Source: a virus
IMG/VR virus record: IMGVR_UViG_3300037193_001436
Span: 32,001 to 96,000 of that record
DNA: 64,000 nucleotides
Reading direction: 5' to 3' (one strand)
Shown here: one piece after another, positions 25,965-36,130 of the stretch
Layout of the letters: each line of letters opens with the position of its first letter
Numbering within the stretch: the stretch's first letter is position 1
Position numbers and translations under genes: made by a program
The notes under the pieces: model-generated
What the model saw: only the letters and a program-made list of their open reading frames with translations
What the model was told of the DNA's origin: nothing
The model's database searches: none

Positions 25965-26354
25965 TCACCTACCTATGTACCCGTCGTTGACCTGTACCAC
26001 CTCTTGGCTGACCAGGTGCGCGAGCAACCCGACGCAACTGGCCCGGACGATCTCGCTGACGACCTCCTCGGTGAGGGGTGTCGGCGAGATGCATTCGGCG
26101 TCCGATTCGACCAGCATAGCGGCGCAGATGACGGCCTTGACTACCGGAAGAATCGGCCGCAGATAGGGCTCGATTTCGAGCAGCGGATCGAGCCGCCGGT
26201 GCGAGTCCTCGTGCTCCATGTCCTCGCCCTCGTCCCCGGGCGGGACCAGATCCATCCGCCGGAGTACGACCGGCGACAGGTAATGCGGGAGCATGTCCCA
26301 GGCCATGCGCCGGGTGAGCAGCGGGCGGGCGTCGATGCCTTCGATGTTGTTCAT
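25965..26354 (-). CDS. hypothetical protein
   Basis: ATGA overlap with polA. Confidence 0.65.
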   Translation of the reverse strand: MNNIEGIDARPLLTRRMAWDMLPHYLSPVVLRRMDLVPPGDEGEDMEHEDSHRRLDPLLEIEPYLRPILPVVKAVICAAMLVESDAECISPTPLTEEVVSEIVRASCVGLLAHLVSQEVVQVNDGYIGR

Positions 26355-28333
26355 TTGGCTTCGCTCCAGCGGTCGACGATCTTGAGGTCGGCCGACAGTG
26401 GGACCTTCACCAGGTCCTGAATGCCTGGGCCGAGCATGGCCTCGCGCATCAGTCCGGCGCACTCCTCGGCCCGGTCTTCCGGGGTGCGGACGACCAGCTC
26501 GTCGTGGACCGACAGCACCAGGTCCATCTCGTCGGGCAGCAGCTTGTCGAGGCGCACCATGGCGATCTTGATCAGGTCGGCGGCGCTGCCTTGGATCTGG
26601 GAGTTGACGGCTTGCCGTTCGGCCTTCATTCGCTCGCGGTCGCTGCGGGAGTAGATGGTGGGGAGCCTGCGACGGCGGCCGAGCAACGTGGTGACGTAGC
26701 GGTTCTTCCGGCAGGCACGGATGATGTCGGCCCGGGTCTCGTAGATTTCCGGGAAGGCACGCTCGTGCACGGCGAGGAACCGCTTGGCCTCGAAAACCGT
26801 GATGCCTGCCATGGATGCCACCTTGTCTGGTCCGGCTCCGAAGACGACAGCGAAATTGATGCCTTTGGCAACTTGTCGAAGTGCGAGTGCGCCGGGGTCC
26901 CCGGCTTCGACCCGCTTCATGAACTTGCGGGCGTCCTCGCCGATGAGGGCTGCTGCGGTGGCCGAGTGGGGGTCGACTCCCTGGTAGAAGCCGTCGAAGA
27001 GTGCACCGTGGCCGCAGAAGTGCGCCAGCACCACCAGTTCTATCTGGCCGTAGTCGGCGACGCAAAGCTTTTCGCCAGGCAGGGCGTAGAACAGGCCACG
27101 GATCTTCTTGCCGTTCTCGCTACCGGGCCGGGGGACGTTCTGCAGGTTGGGTTCGCGGCAGGAGAATCGGCCGGTGACGGTACCGTACTGCACGAGGTCG
27201 GCGTGCACCTTGCCGTCGTAGATCCTGCAGGGCTTCTTCGGGTCGGCCGGGTCGCCGAGGTAGCCGGTGACGTAGGTGCCGTGGAGCTTGTCCAGCTCCT
27301 GGTACTTGAGGATGCCGTCGACCAGCGGGTTGCCTGCGAACTGTTCGAGGTGGTCGGCCTGGGTGGTGTAGTCGACCGGCAGGATCTCCAGTCCGGCACG
27401 CTTCTTCTTCATCCCGCCGGGTGTCAGGGTGGTGCCCTTGAGGCCCTGGCCGCCTTCGGACTTCGGCCCGAACAGCATGGTGGCCTTCTGCGGGGTGGAG
27501 TCCAGGTTGAATTTGGTCCCGGCGGCGCGGTACACGTCGGACTCGGCCAGCACGATCTGTTCGCCGAGGTCCTTGTCGAGGTGGGCCAGGACGTCGGTGT
27601 CGATGTCGATGCCTGCCATCTTCATCCGGCACAGCACCGGGATGAGGGCTTCCTCCAGCCGCCGGACGCGCTTCAGTTCGGGGAACTTCTCGAACATCGG
27701 GTCGAACCGCTTGAACAGCAGCCAGGTGTAGCGGGCGTCCATGAAGGCGTAGTGCGCCACCTTGCTGAACGGGTGGATCTCGACCTTCTTGCCGACGTTC
27801 TCGTGGTCGTACTTGACCCCGTAGTACCGCTCAGTTAGTTGCTTGAGGCCCTTGTTGAGGATGTTCTCGTTGAGCAGCCACTGCAGGACGATGGTGTCGC
27901 AGTGCGGACCGGCGGCGAGCTGGTGGTCGTAGTACTTGGCGATGGCAACGAAGTCGAAGACCGCGTTGTGGGCGATCTTGGTGATGTTTTCGTTGAAGAA
28001 CAGGGGTTGCAGGGCTTCGAAGACCTGGCCCGGCCGGAGTTGTTCGGGTGGGTCGTCGTACTCCGGCGGGAACATGTCGAACTTGCCGGTGACCTTGTTC
28101 TTCTTCCGGGTCGCCTTCTTCAGCAGCCGGTCGCCGTTGGGGTGGCCGAAAGGGATGGCGACTGCCCGCCCGTAGCTTGCCAGCGAGATCCAGTTGAGCT
28201 GGTTGCGGGTCGGTTCGCCTCGGAAGTCTCCCATCGCCTCGGTGTCGAACACCACCGCGTCCTGTTTGCTGAACCAGGAGGCGACCTCGGCCAGGTGCTC
28301 GGCATCGAGGACGACGTTGGAGCTGAACCCCAT
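26351..28333 (-). CDS. polA: family A DNA polymerase with 3'-5' exonuclease
   Basis: Exo motifs DTE/HNAVFD/YAFMDA; TGRFSCREPNLQN; motif A DYGQIE, motif B RQVAKGINF, motif C VHDEL. Confidence 0.95.
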   Translation of the reverse strand: MGFSSNVVLDAEHLAEVASWFSKQDAVVFDTEAMGDFRGEPTRNQLNWISLASYGRAVAIPFGHPNGDRLLKKATRKKNKVTGKFDMFPPEYDDPPEQLRPGQVFEALQPLFFNENITKIAHNAVFDFVAIAKYYDHQLAAGPHCDTIVLQWLLNENILNKGLKQLTERYYGVKYDHENVGKKVEIHPFSKVAHYAFMDARYTWLLFKRFDPMFEKFPELKRVRRLEEALIPVLCRMKMAGIDIDTDVLAHLDKDLGEQIVLAESDVYRAAGTKFNLDSTPQKATMLFGPKSEGGQGLKGTTLTPGGMKKKRAGLEILPVDYTTQADHLEQFAGNPLVDGILKYQELDKLHGTYVTGYLGDPADPKKPCRIYDGKVHADLVQYGTVTGRFSCREPNLQNVPRPGSENGKKIRGLFYALPGEKLCVADYGQIELVVLAHFCGHGALFDGFYQGVDPHSATAAALIGEDARKFMKRVEAGDPGALALRQVAKGINFAVVFGAGPDKVASMAGITVFEAKRFLAVHERAFPEIYETRADIIRACRKNRYVTTLLGRRRRLPTIYSRSDRERMKAERQAVNSQIQGSAADLIKIAMVRLDKLLPDEMDLVLSVHDELVVRTPEDRAEECAGLMREAMLGPGIQDLVKVPLSADLKIVDRWSEAK

Positions 28334-28551
28334 CAGTCGGGGACGCGCTCGATGGTGATGCGGTACGCCGACTTCAGAAACGAGAATCCCAGGTCGATCT
28401 GATTGGTCGCGAAGCCGTTCGCGTCGACCAGGGCCTCGATGCTGGTGACCTGGTTGGTCTGGGTCATCAGCAGGATCGCCAGCAGTGCTCCGGCGGCTAC
28501 AAGGTTGTTGTCATGGTCGTCATGGTCGGGGGCTACGGGCCGAGTCGCCAT
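28333..28551 (-). CDS. hypothetical protein
   Basis: TGATG coupling. Confidence 0.55.
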   Translation of the reverse strand: MATRPVAPDHDDHDNNLVAAGALLAILLMTQTNQVTSIEALVDANGFATNQIDLGFSFLKSAYRITIERVPD

Positions 28552-28552
28552 G

Positions 28553-29566
28553 TCAGTACTCGTCGTCGAGGTTGTTGTCGGCGATCACCTTGTTCAGCTC
28601 GGCCTTGGTCTTGACGGTGTAGATCTGGTCGGCCTCGAACAGGTTCTCTTCCAGCTCGTCCAGTTCTTCCGCCGTCAGGGGCTCGGTGTCGAAGTCCTCT
28701 TCGAGGTCGCGGGCCTTCACCGGCCGGACGCTGGTGGTGTAGCGGTCGTTCTTCTTGGTCCGGGTGATGGTCCAGTAGATGTCGTCGCGGTTGAGCGGGC
28801 TGGTCTTGGGGTTCTCGGCGAACTTCTCCAGGATGTCGCCGACCTGGGTGCCTGCCGTCCAGAGCTTCACCTCCGGCGGGTTCAGGTCCATGTCGGCCAC
28901 GTTGAAGCAGACCTTCACCGACGGCCGGTCGCCGAGTTTGTTGCAGAACGGGCAGTCATCGCCCAGGCAAACGTAGGAGCGCCGCTTCTCGTCCTTGCCG
29001 TCCTTGATGGTGATCCAGTGCTCGGCATAGGACGCGACCGGCTCCTCGTCGAGGATCTTGATCAGCATGTCGGTGTTGTCGAGGATCTTCAGGTTGTCCG
29101 CGAAGTCGGACTTGACCGAGTCGGCAGCCTGCCGGTAGCCGCCCCAGCCCTTGCGTGCCGTAGAGCCACCCCGGCGCTCTGAGCGCCCGCCACGGCCTCC
29201 GCGCTCCTCCCGGTCGTCGCGGCCCCTGGAGCTGCGTCCACGGCGCTCTGAGCGCTCCTCACGGTCTTCTGTGGAGCGGCTGCGCCGGTCGCGGCGGTTG
29301 GCGAACTCGTCCAGGCCGCCGGGGTGGTCGGCGAGGTCTTCCCGGGAGCCGCGACGGCGGCGCGGGCGCTCCTCCTCGGGCTCGTCTTCCGGCTCGTCGT
29401 CTTCCTCGTCGTCGGAGAACCGGCTGCGGCGGTCGCGGCGGCGCGACTCCCCCTCGTCGGGGTCCTCGTCCCGGCGGCGTCCCCGGCGCGATCGGCCCTC
29501 GTCGGCCGCGTCCAGGTAGTCGTCGGTCTCGGTGTCCTGACTGCGTCGGCGGCTAGTGCGCGGCAC
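28553..29566 (-). CDS. gp32-like single-stranded DNA-binding protein with a long R/D/E-rich N-terminal region
   Basis: EHW...YVCLGDDCPFC zinc site, acidic C-terminal tail, position before polA. Confidence 0.75.
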   Translation of the reverse strand: MPRTSRRRSQDTETDDYLDAADEGRSRRGRRRDEDPDEGESRRRDRRSRFSDDEEDDEPEDEPEEERPRRRRGSREDLADHPGGLDEFANRRDRRSRSTEDREERSERRGRSSRGRDDREERGGRGGRSERRGGSTARKGWGGYRQAADSVKSDFADNLKILDNTDMLIKILDEEPVASYAEHWITIKDGKDEKRRSYVCLGDDCPFCNKLGDRPSVKVCFNVADMDLNPPEVKLWTAGTQVGDILEKFAENPKTSPLNRDDIYWTITRTKKNDRYTTSVRPVKARDLEEDFDTEPLTAEELDELEENLFEADQIYTVKTKAELNKVIADNNLDDEY

Positions 29567-29828
29567 GGGTGCTCCTCTTGTTCAGGTCGTCCAGGTACGA
29601 GTGGATGTAGCTGTCTTCTTCGTCGGTGTGGATCCGCGCGTCCTCCAGATCGGGCGCGGTGATGATGTCCAGGGCCTCGTCGAGCATGATCGTGGCCAGC
29701 TCGACGTCACCCGGCTTGCCGCCGGTGATGACCTTGACCGAGGCGAACACCTCGACCGACTCGTAGTTGCCCATATTCACGTGGTGCAGCCGGGACTTGG
29801 AGATCTCGATCTGCGAGGGGTCGCTCAT
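29553..29828 (-). CDS. hypothetical protein
   Basis: VNMGNYESV motif; ATGA overlap. Confidence 0.7.
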   Translation of the reverse strand: MSDPSQIEISKSRLHHVNMGNYESVEVFASVKVITGGKPGDVELATIMLDEALDIITAPDLEDARIHTDEEDSYIHSYLDDLNKRSTRAAH

Positions 29829-30283
29829 GACGGCCCGTCCTTGGCCGCGAGCTGCTTGAACAGCGCGAGGACCCGGGCCTTGAAGTTGGTCGACGCGATC
29901 TCGCGCCGGTCGTTGGAGAGCAGGCCCTCCTCGTTGGCGATCTGGATCATGCCCTCGATCTGGGCGCGGGTGTACAGCCGACGGCGGCCGTGCTGGCTGC
30001 CGTTCTTCCCGGCCCGCTGGTAGGTGGACTTGGGGATGATGCCCTTGCGCTCCCACTGCCGGATCGTCAGCGGCTTGCGGTTCATCGCCATCGCCAGGTG
30101 CCCGACGGTGAAGAACTCGGTGTCGACGCCGTTGCGCTTGTAGATGCGGGGCTTGTCGTCCCACCCGTCGGTGCTGGCCTTGGCCGCCTCGGGGTCACTG
30201 CGGTCGATCTTGCGCTTGCTGCCGGGGTAGTACTCCTCGGCCAGCTCGGCGACCTCTTCGTCGTACGTCATCGGCTCACTCAC
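29825..30283 (-). CDS. MerR-type HTH DNA-binding protein
   Basis: FTVGHLAMAMNRKPLTIRQWERKGIIP...RRLYT. Confidence 0.8.
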   Translation of the reverse strand: MSEPMTYDEEVAELAEEYYPGSKRKIDRSDPEAAKASTDGWDDKPRIYKRNGVDTEFFTVGHLAMAMNRKPLTIRQWERKGIIPKSTYQRAGKNGSQHGRRRLYTRAQIEGMIQIANEEGLLSNDRREIASTNFKARVLALFKQLAAKDGPS

Positions 30284-30722
30284 TGATCGGGCGGAAGGCG
30301 AACGTCTCGCGCTCGGCGAACATGGAGTCGAGTTCGGCGTCGGTCAGCAGGCCTTCCTGGTTCAGGACGTAGACCTCGTTCTGGTCGATCTCGCGGATCA
30401 CGACCGTTGCCCGGTTCCACAGGCCCTTGTCCTTCAGGACCTTTTCGGCCACCTCGGTGTCGAACGACTGGCTCACCCGGCGCTGCTGCTGGAAGCCGAC
30501 GTACTGCTTGTCGCCGTACTCCAGGGGCTCCGGCAGGGTGAAGTTGCGGTGTCCCTTGTCGTCGGTCTCGCCGTGCTCGACGACGTGCTGGGTCAGCTCC
30601 TTCTTCAGGCCGTCGATCCGCTTGGTCGACGTGGCCACCTCGTCCTTCAGGACCAGGAACTGCAGCAGCTTGCCGACGATCGTCCCCGTCGACCGACGTC
30701 GGACGGTCCTGGTGGAAGCCAT
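30276..30722 (-). CDS. hypothetical protein
   Basis: Codon usage, RBS. Confidence 0.75.
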   Translation of the reverse strand: MASTRTVRRRSTGTIVGKLLQFLVLKDEVATSTKRIDGLKKELTQHVVEHGETDDKGHRNFTLPEPLEYGDKQYVGFQQQRRVSQSFDTEVAEKVLKDKGLWNRATVVIREIDQNEVYVLNQEGLLTDAELDSMFAERETFAFRPISE

Positions 30723-30812
30723 CGAAACCCCTTCTCGCTACTCGACTTCAGAGGACGTTAGCGGAACGGGTTCCGAGAACCTAGTAAACGTAGTTGTTGT
30801 ACCGGAACAAGA

Positions 30813-30848
30813 AGGACCCTCCCACAGGAGAGGTCGTGGGAGGGTCCG
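30813..30848 (-). terminator. hairpin downstream of the helicase
   Basis: GGACCCTCCCAC...GTGGGAGGGTCC followed by TTCTTGTT on the minus strand. Confidence 0.65.
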
Positions 30849-30890
30849 TTCGACGGTCGGGGTTGAGACGACCCGTCGGCGGTGTCAAGT

Positions 30891-32498
30891 CTACGAGGGT
30901 GTGTCGGCCAGATAGGAGGTCAACGAACCGACCGTGTTCTCGATGACTCCCTTGCTGTCGGCACCGACTCCGTCCAGGGTGGCGCTGGCCACCTGGCGCT
31001 TCATGGCCAGCATCTCGTAGGTGCGTTCCTCGATCGATCCGCCGATCAGGTAGTTCAGGATGTAGACCTGCTGGTGCTGCGACCCTACGCGGACGTGGCG
31101 GCCGTTGCGCTGGTCCATCTTCCCGGCCGACCAGGCCAGGTCGACGTTGATCAGGTAGTTGGCCTGCGGGAGGTCGACCCCATAGCCCCCAGCGTCCGAC
31201 GAGACGAACAGCCGGACGTCGGGCTCTGTCTGGAACAGCACCCGCGCGGCGGCCTTCTGCTTGACACTCATGTCGCCGGTGTAGGTGACCGCCTGCGTGT
31301 GGGTGGAGCCGAGCCGGTCGGCCAGTTCCTGGACCATGTCCTTGTAGAACGAGAACAGGATCACCTTGGCGTCCGGCTCGGACTCCAGAATGTCGGTGAC
31401 GTCGGCAACGATCTGGTCGAGCTTGTTCGAGGGCGCATCGACCAGCAGCCCGGCCTCCATCAGCCCGGCGGCATAGGCCGACCCCTCCCCGTCGCCCTTG
31501 AGGTACTTCTCGGCGGACCTCTGCAGGAGCCGGGGATGGTCGCAGAGCATCAGCATGGCGCTGGTGCGAGCCATGATCTCCCCGGCGGCGCTGCCGAGCT
31601 GACTGGGCAAGGTCCCTGCGTAGTACTGGGTGAGGTCGAAGCTCTGGGTCATGTTGGCGTCGGCCAGCGCGGTCTGCAGATCCCCGGCGATCCGCTTGTA
31701 GAGCTTGCGGAGGCTGGGGTGCAGGGTGACCTGCCGGACGGACTCCTGGACCTGCGGCAGGTACTTGGCCACATCGGGGTCGGTCCTGGTCTTGCGGACC
31801 ATCGCCTTGCTGACCTTGCGGTGCAGGACCTGCAGGTTCTTGTACTTGACCACCCCGCCCCAGTTGTTGCGGACGATGAACGAGCGGTCGAACAAGTCGA
31901 ACCGGCCGAGCACGTGCGGGTCGACCCACTCCATGATCGAGTACAGCTCCTCCGGCCGGTTCTCCACCGGCGTACCGGTAAGGGCGTACCGGAACGGTGC
32001 GTCGAGTCGCTTGGCGAGCTTGGTGCGTTTGGCCCGGAAGCCCTTGATGGCCGAGGCCTCGTCGAGCACGATGCAGTCCGGCCTCAGCTTGCGGATCCAG
32101 CGGAAGTCGTTGCGGACCTGCTCGTAGCTGACGATGACGAACTCCGGCCGGTCCCGCAGGGCCTGCTGGTAGGCGGCCTTGCGCTTGTCCGGCGTACCGT
32201 CGACCACGACGCAGCCGGACTGCTCTGGCACCCAGATGTACACCCCTCGGCGGAGCTGGACCCGGCGGCAGGAGATGTCGGTGAACTTGGCGATGCTCTC
32301 GGCCCACTGCCACTTCAGCCCGGCCGGTACGACGAGCAGGGACTGCCTAACGGCTCCCTCGGCGATCAGTTCCTCGATGGTGGCCAGGGCGACCAGGGTC
32401 TTGCCGAGGCCCATGGTGTAGGCAACCAGCAGGGAGCCTCGCTCGACCGCCCGGTCGACGGCCTCTTCCTGGTAGGGGTGCAGGTCAACCGTGAGCAC
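30891..32498 (-). CDS. SNF2-family helicase
   Basis: MGLGKT, LDEAS, LTGTPVENR, GYGVDL, QRNGRHVRVG. Confidence 0.9.
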   Translation of the reverse strand: MLTVDLHPYQEEAVDRAVERGSLLVAYTMGLGKTLVALATIEELIAEGAVRQSLLVVPAGLKWQWAESIAKFTDISCRRVQLRRGVYIWVPEQSGCVVVDGTPDKRKAAYQQALRDRPEFVIVSYEQVRNDFRWIRKLRPDCIVLDEASAIKGFRAKRTKLAKRLDAPFRYALTGTPVENRPEELYSIMEWVDPHVLGRFDLFDRSFIVRNNWGGVVKYKNLQVLHRKVSKAMVRKTRTDPDVAKYLPQVQESVRQVTLHPSLRKLYKRIAGDLQTALADANMTQSFDLTQYYAGTLPSQLGSAAGEIMARTSAMLMLCDHPRLLQRSAEKYLKGDGEGSAYAAGLMEAGLLVDAPSNKLDQIVADVTDILESEPDAKVILFSFYKDMVQELADRLGSTHTQAVTYTGDMSVKQKAAARVLFQTEPDVRLFVSSDAGGYGVDLPQANYLINVDLAWSAGKMDQRNGRHVRVGSQHQQVYILNYLIGGSIEERTYEMLAMKRQVASATLDGVGADSKGVIENTVGSLTSYLADTPS

Positions 32499-33495
32499 TG
32501 GACATCCAGGGGAAGCTCGCCTTGCTGATGCTGGCGCGGATCTCGGTGTGGGCCATCTCGCCGGGGTCCTTGACCTTGTACATGTACGGCATCACGAGGA
32601 TCTGCATCCGTCGGTGCCACTCGTTGTAGATGCGTTCGGAGTTCTTCCGGCCGTCGGGGTCGTTGTCCAGGGCAAGGATCAGGGAGTCGAACCGCTCCAG
32701 CACGAGCTGCATCTGGACGTCGCTCACTCCAGCGCCGTACGACGACAGCGCGCCGGGGATCCCGGCGGACCAGATCACGGCGGCGTCCAGTGGTGCCTCG
32801 ACCATGATCGCCCGCTTGCCGGGGTCGGGCTGGTCGAGCCCGAACAGGGTACGGGACTTCTCCACCTGGCGCGGGCGGTTGCGGAAGTAGCGGCCCTCGA
32901 CGGCCTTCTCCTGCCATCCCAGCAGGGTGTTGGTCGCCGGGTCGCGGATCGGGGTGATCCAGGCATCCTTCTGCGGGTCGTAGAGCACACCGTAGGCCGC
33001 CGCTGCCTCGGCCGTGATGTTCCTGGTGGCGAGGACGTTCCTCGGCGGCGGGATGCACAGCGCGAGGTCGGCCTCGGTGATCGCCTTCCGCCGGTCCTTG
33101 CGTGTCAGCTCGTGGATGTAGCCGCCGGTGAGCAGGTGCTCGACCCGGTCGAGGCTGCCCCGGGAGCGGACCCAGGCGTCGGCCTCGTTGCTGGGCAGGT
33201 CCAGGACCTCGCGGACGACGGCGGCGAACGGGCCCCGAAAGCCGCAGGCGAAGCAGTTGTGCACGCCGGTGTCGATGTTCACCGACCAGGATGGGTCGTT
33301 GTCTTCCTTGCCGACCAGCCGTAGATGCCCGGGGCAACGGGCTACCGCCTCGTCGCCGGTGATCCGCAGCACCTGGATGCCGAGTTCGTCGAGGCACTTG
33401 AGCACGTCGCCGGGGACCCAGAGCGGTCCGTTGTCGCGGTCCTGCTTGAGGCGGCGGGTGCGGTCCCAGCCGCTACTCGAATCCGCTCTGCGCAT
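32485..33495 (-). CDS. DNA primase (CHC2 zinc finger plus Toprim)
   Basis: CPGH...CFACG, VEAPLDA, LALDNDPDG. Confidence 0.9.
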   Translation of the reverse strand: MRRADSSSGWDRTRRLKQDRDNGPLWVPGDVLKCLDELGIQVLRITGDEAVARCPGHLRLVGKEDNDPSWSVNIDTGVHNCFACGFRGPFAAVVREVLDLPSNEADAWVRSRGSLDRVEHLLTGGYIHELTRKDRRKAITEADLALCIPPPRNVLATRNITAEAAAAYGVLYDPQKDAWITPIRDPATNTLLGWQEKAVEGRYFRNRPRQVEKSRTLFGLDQPDPGKRAIMVEAPLDAAVIWSAGIPGALSSYGAGVSDVQMQLVLERFDSLILALDNDPDGRKNSERIYNEWHRRMQILVMPYMYKVKDPGEMAHTEIRASISKASFPWMSSAHG

Positions 33496-34744
33496 CGACG
33501 TCGGCCTGGTTTTCCTTCGCGAAGGGGTCATACTCCAGCTCCTCGAAGATCCCGGTGTCCCAGTCCCACCGCACGTACTTCTCCATCCGGCGGGTGCTGC
33601 GTCCGTCGAGCACCTTCAGCTTGTTGATGTCGTCGATTTCAGTCTTCTCCACGCCGACGACCAGATCGGAGTCCTGCAGGAAGGAGGAGGAGTAGCCGAT
33701 CGAGTCGCTGGTGATCCCGCGTCGCTTGTCGGTCTTCCAGCTCAGCGCCTGGGTGGACTGGACGATCGGCAGGTCAAGGTTCTGGGCCAGCCGCTTCATG
33801 CCCCGGGTGATGTTGGTGATCGCCTGCGGTGAGCCCTGCGGCTCACCCTGCTCGTCCCGCATCATGTAGACGCCGTCCACGAACACGATGTCGGGTTCGC
33901 AGCGCTCGATCTGTGCCTGGAGTCCGGTCAGCGTGGTGGCGGAGTTGATGTCGGAGCTGACGAAGAACTCCGGCATCGCGACGAGCCTGCGCCAGGCCCG
34001 TTCGAGCCGCTTGTACTCGTCAGGGTTGAGGGTCCCGGTGCGCAGCCGCTGGTGCGACACCCTGGCCAGGAAGGCGGCGTGTCGGGTCTGCTGTTCGGGG
34101 TTGGACATCTCGAAGCCGACGGTCAGCGGCCGGAACGCGTGGTCGTGGGCGGCCATTGCCGCGAGCAACATCAGGGTCGACTTGCCGGACTTCGGCAGGC
34201 CGACGAAGGTGATGAGCTGTTGGTTCTGGAAGCCCTGGGTCGCCTGGTCGATCGAGTGGAACCCGCTGGGGATCCCGAGCAACTTGCCGTCGCGCTTGCG
34301 CAGCTCGGCGTAGGCGGCTCGTCGTCGCTCCAGGGTCTCGGCCGTCAGGTCGTCGATGAAGGAGCGCGGGATCTCGTTGTGGAGCTGGCTCATCGACTGG
34401 GCCAGCACGTCGAGGCTTTGCTCGGACTCCCCCATCTTCAGCAGCTCGGAGGCGCGCATCAGCCCGTCGGCGAGGATGGCGTACCGCCGGTTCTCCCGCA
34501 TCTCGTCGAGCAGGTACGCCAGCGGGTGCTGTTCCGGATCGGGGAACGTGACGGTCGGGTAGTCCTTGTGCAGGACGTCGAGGCTGGGAACCTTGCCGTA
34601 CCGGAGCTTGTAGTCGGTGATCGTCCGGAACAGCGTGCGGTTCATCCGGTCTTCGAAGAAGTCCGCCGTGATCCCGGCATCGCTCACGGCACCGAAGTTG
34701 CCGGTCGCAACGATGCTGGCGATGAGGCTGCGCTCGATGTCCAT
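33473..34744 (-). CDS. dnaB: DnaB-like replicative helicase
   Basis: GIPSGF..ID, GLPKSGKS, FEMS, FVDG, QDSD. Confidence 0.92.
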   Translation of the reverse strand: MDIERSLIASIVATGNFGAVSDAGITADFFEDRMNRTLFRTITDYKLRYGKVPSLDVLHKDYPTVTFPDPEQHPLAYLLDEMRENRRYAILADGLMRASELLKMGESEQSLDVLAQSMSQLHNEIPRSFIDDLTAETLERRRAAYAELRKRDGKLLGIPSGFHSIDQATQGFQNQQLITFVGLPKSGKSTLMLLAAMAAHDHAFRPLTVGFEMSNPEQQTRHAAFLARVSHQRLRTGTLNPDEYKRLERAWRRLVAMPEFFVSSDINSATTLTGLQAQIERCEPDIVFVDGVYMMRDEQGEPQGSPQAITNITRGMKRLAQNLDLPIVQSTQALSWKTDKRRGITSDSIGYSSSFLQDSDLVVGVEKTEIDDINKLKVLDGRSTRRMEKYVRWDWDTGIFEELEYDPFAKENQADVDAQSGFE

Positions 34745-35194
34745 CTACCAGGCTCTCAGGATGTCGGGCTGGGCGGGGTTGATGATCCGGCCCTTCTTGC
34801 CGTAGGTCAGTTGGTGTGCCGGGTCAGGGTCGAAGATCGCACCGAGGTCCGGCATGGTTGCGATCTTGCGGGCCAGCTTGTTCGGCTCGGCGTACCAGAC
34901 CCGGTGGACCGGCAGGTCCTGGTTGTCGATCCAGTGCTCGATGTGTTCGACAGCCTTCGGGTCGAGGTAGGTGACAACCTCCAGTTCGTAGTGCAGTTGC
35001 CAGGTGACGTGCCACATCTGCCGGGCCAGTGGTTCATTGACGACCATCTCCTCGACGGCCCGCTTCCAGCGCCGGGTGCGGACCCAACTGTCGTAGCGGA
35101 TCCGCATGAGGTTGCCGGGCACGATGCCGACCAGGTGCTCGAAGACCAGGACCAGCCGGGGCACCAGCTCGTTGGACAGGTCACCGCCCTGCAC
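34745..35194 (-). CDS. degenerate HAD-like protein
   Basis: LVLVFEHLVG...EVVT...IFDPDP pattern. Confidence 0.5.
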   Translation of the reverse strand: MQGGDLSNELVPRLVLVFEHLVGIVPGNLMRIRYDSWVRTRRWKRAVEEMVVNEPLARQMWHVTWQLHYELEVVTYLDPKAVEHIEHWIDNQDLPVHRVWYAEPNKLARKIATMPDLGAIFDPDPAHQLTYGKKGRIINPAQPDILRAW

Positions 35195-35414
35195 GTGCGT
35201 CCCACTCCAGCGGGAGTTCGAGCTGGCCGTCGACCTGGCTCGGGGTGTCGTTCCTGAGCAGCCAGCGACGAGCGTCGTCCAGGATTTCGTAGGCCAGCTC
35301 GGCCTCGTGCGGACACGTACCACGCGTGGCCTGGTCGAGCCTGGAGAGCAGTCGGATGTACTGGTCCCGGGAGACCCGGATCTCGTCTGGTGTCTTGCCT
35401 ACGACAACGACCAC
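35181..35414 (-). CDS. hypothetical protein
   Basis: AAGGAG RBS. Confidence 0.65.
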   Translation of the reverse strand: MVVVVGKTPDEIRVSRDQYIRLLSRLDQATRGTCPHEAELAYEILDDARRWLLRNDTPSQVDGQLELPLEWDARAGR

Positions 35415-35443
35415 GGCCTGCGCTCCTTCTCCCGATGAGGGGA

Positions 35444-36115
35444 TCAGGATTGCGGTTGGTCGTTGCCTGATTCAAGTTGATGGTTTGGGTCCAACAACTG
35501 CGATCGCAAACGTTCTTCGACCCGGAGTTCCTGTAAGGCGTTCCGGTAGTCGGTGTCGTTCGCCAGCGAACCGTACTGGTTGCCGGGAACGGTCTTGAGC
35601 TGACCAGCGGCGTCGAGCCGCTGAATCTCGTCGGTGGCGTACTGGGTCTTCGCCTGGTCCCACAGGTCGGTCCAGTAGTCGTCGATGAACTGGTTGACGA
35701 TTGCGTTCCGGGTCATGTGCTCATCGACGTAGTGCTGCCAGTAGATCCGGATCATCCGGCCGAGCAGGTCCTCGGTCAGGTCGTTGCCGTGCTGGCGAAT
35801 GAACGCCCAGATCTGCTGGTCGTGCTTGATCTTGGTGACCAGGTCCTCGGCGAGCTGCCAGGGGCTGACCACGCGGGTCCGGCCGTAGGCCTTGCCGGTC
35901 TCGATGAACAGCCGTACGAGCCGCCAGGTGCGCTCGGTCCGCTCCGGCGGACAGGGCGGGAAGTCGTGGTGTTGCTGCGGCTTGGGCTGGGAGGGAGCCC
36001 GCCAGGACCGGCGGGGTCGTTCCTCCGGCTGCGGCCGGTCCTCCAGCTCGTTCTGTGCCAGTGACAACGGATCGTCACTCCCAGGTGGCCGGAACTTCTC
36101 CCGACGGCCAGCCAT
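35444..36115 (-). CDS. hypothetical protein, probably the C-terminal half of a replication initiator
   Basis: In frame with the upstream HTH gene across the iteron array; precedes dnaB. Confidence 0.6.
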   Translation of the reverse strand: MAGRREKFRPPGSDDPLSLAQNELEDRPQPEERPRRSWRAPSQPKPQQHHDFPPCPPERTERTWRLVRLFIETGKAYGRTRVVSPWQLAEDLVTKIKHDQQIWAFIRQHGNDLTEDLLGRMIRIYWQHYVDEHMTRNAIVNQFIDDYWTDLWDQAKTQYATDEIQRLDAAGQLKTVPGNQYGSLANDTDYRNALQELRVEERLRSQLLDPNHQLESGNDQPQS

Positions 36116-36130
36116 CCAACCCAGCCCCTT

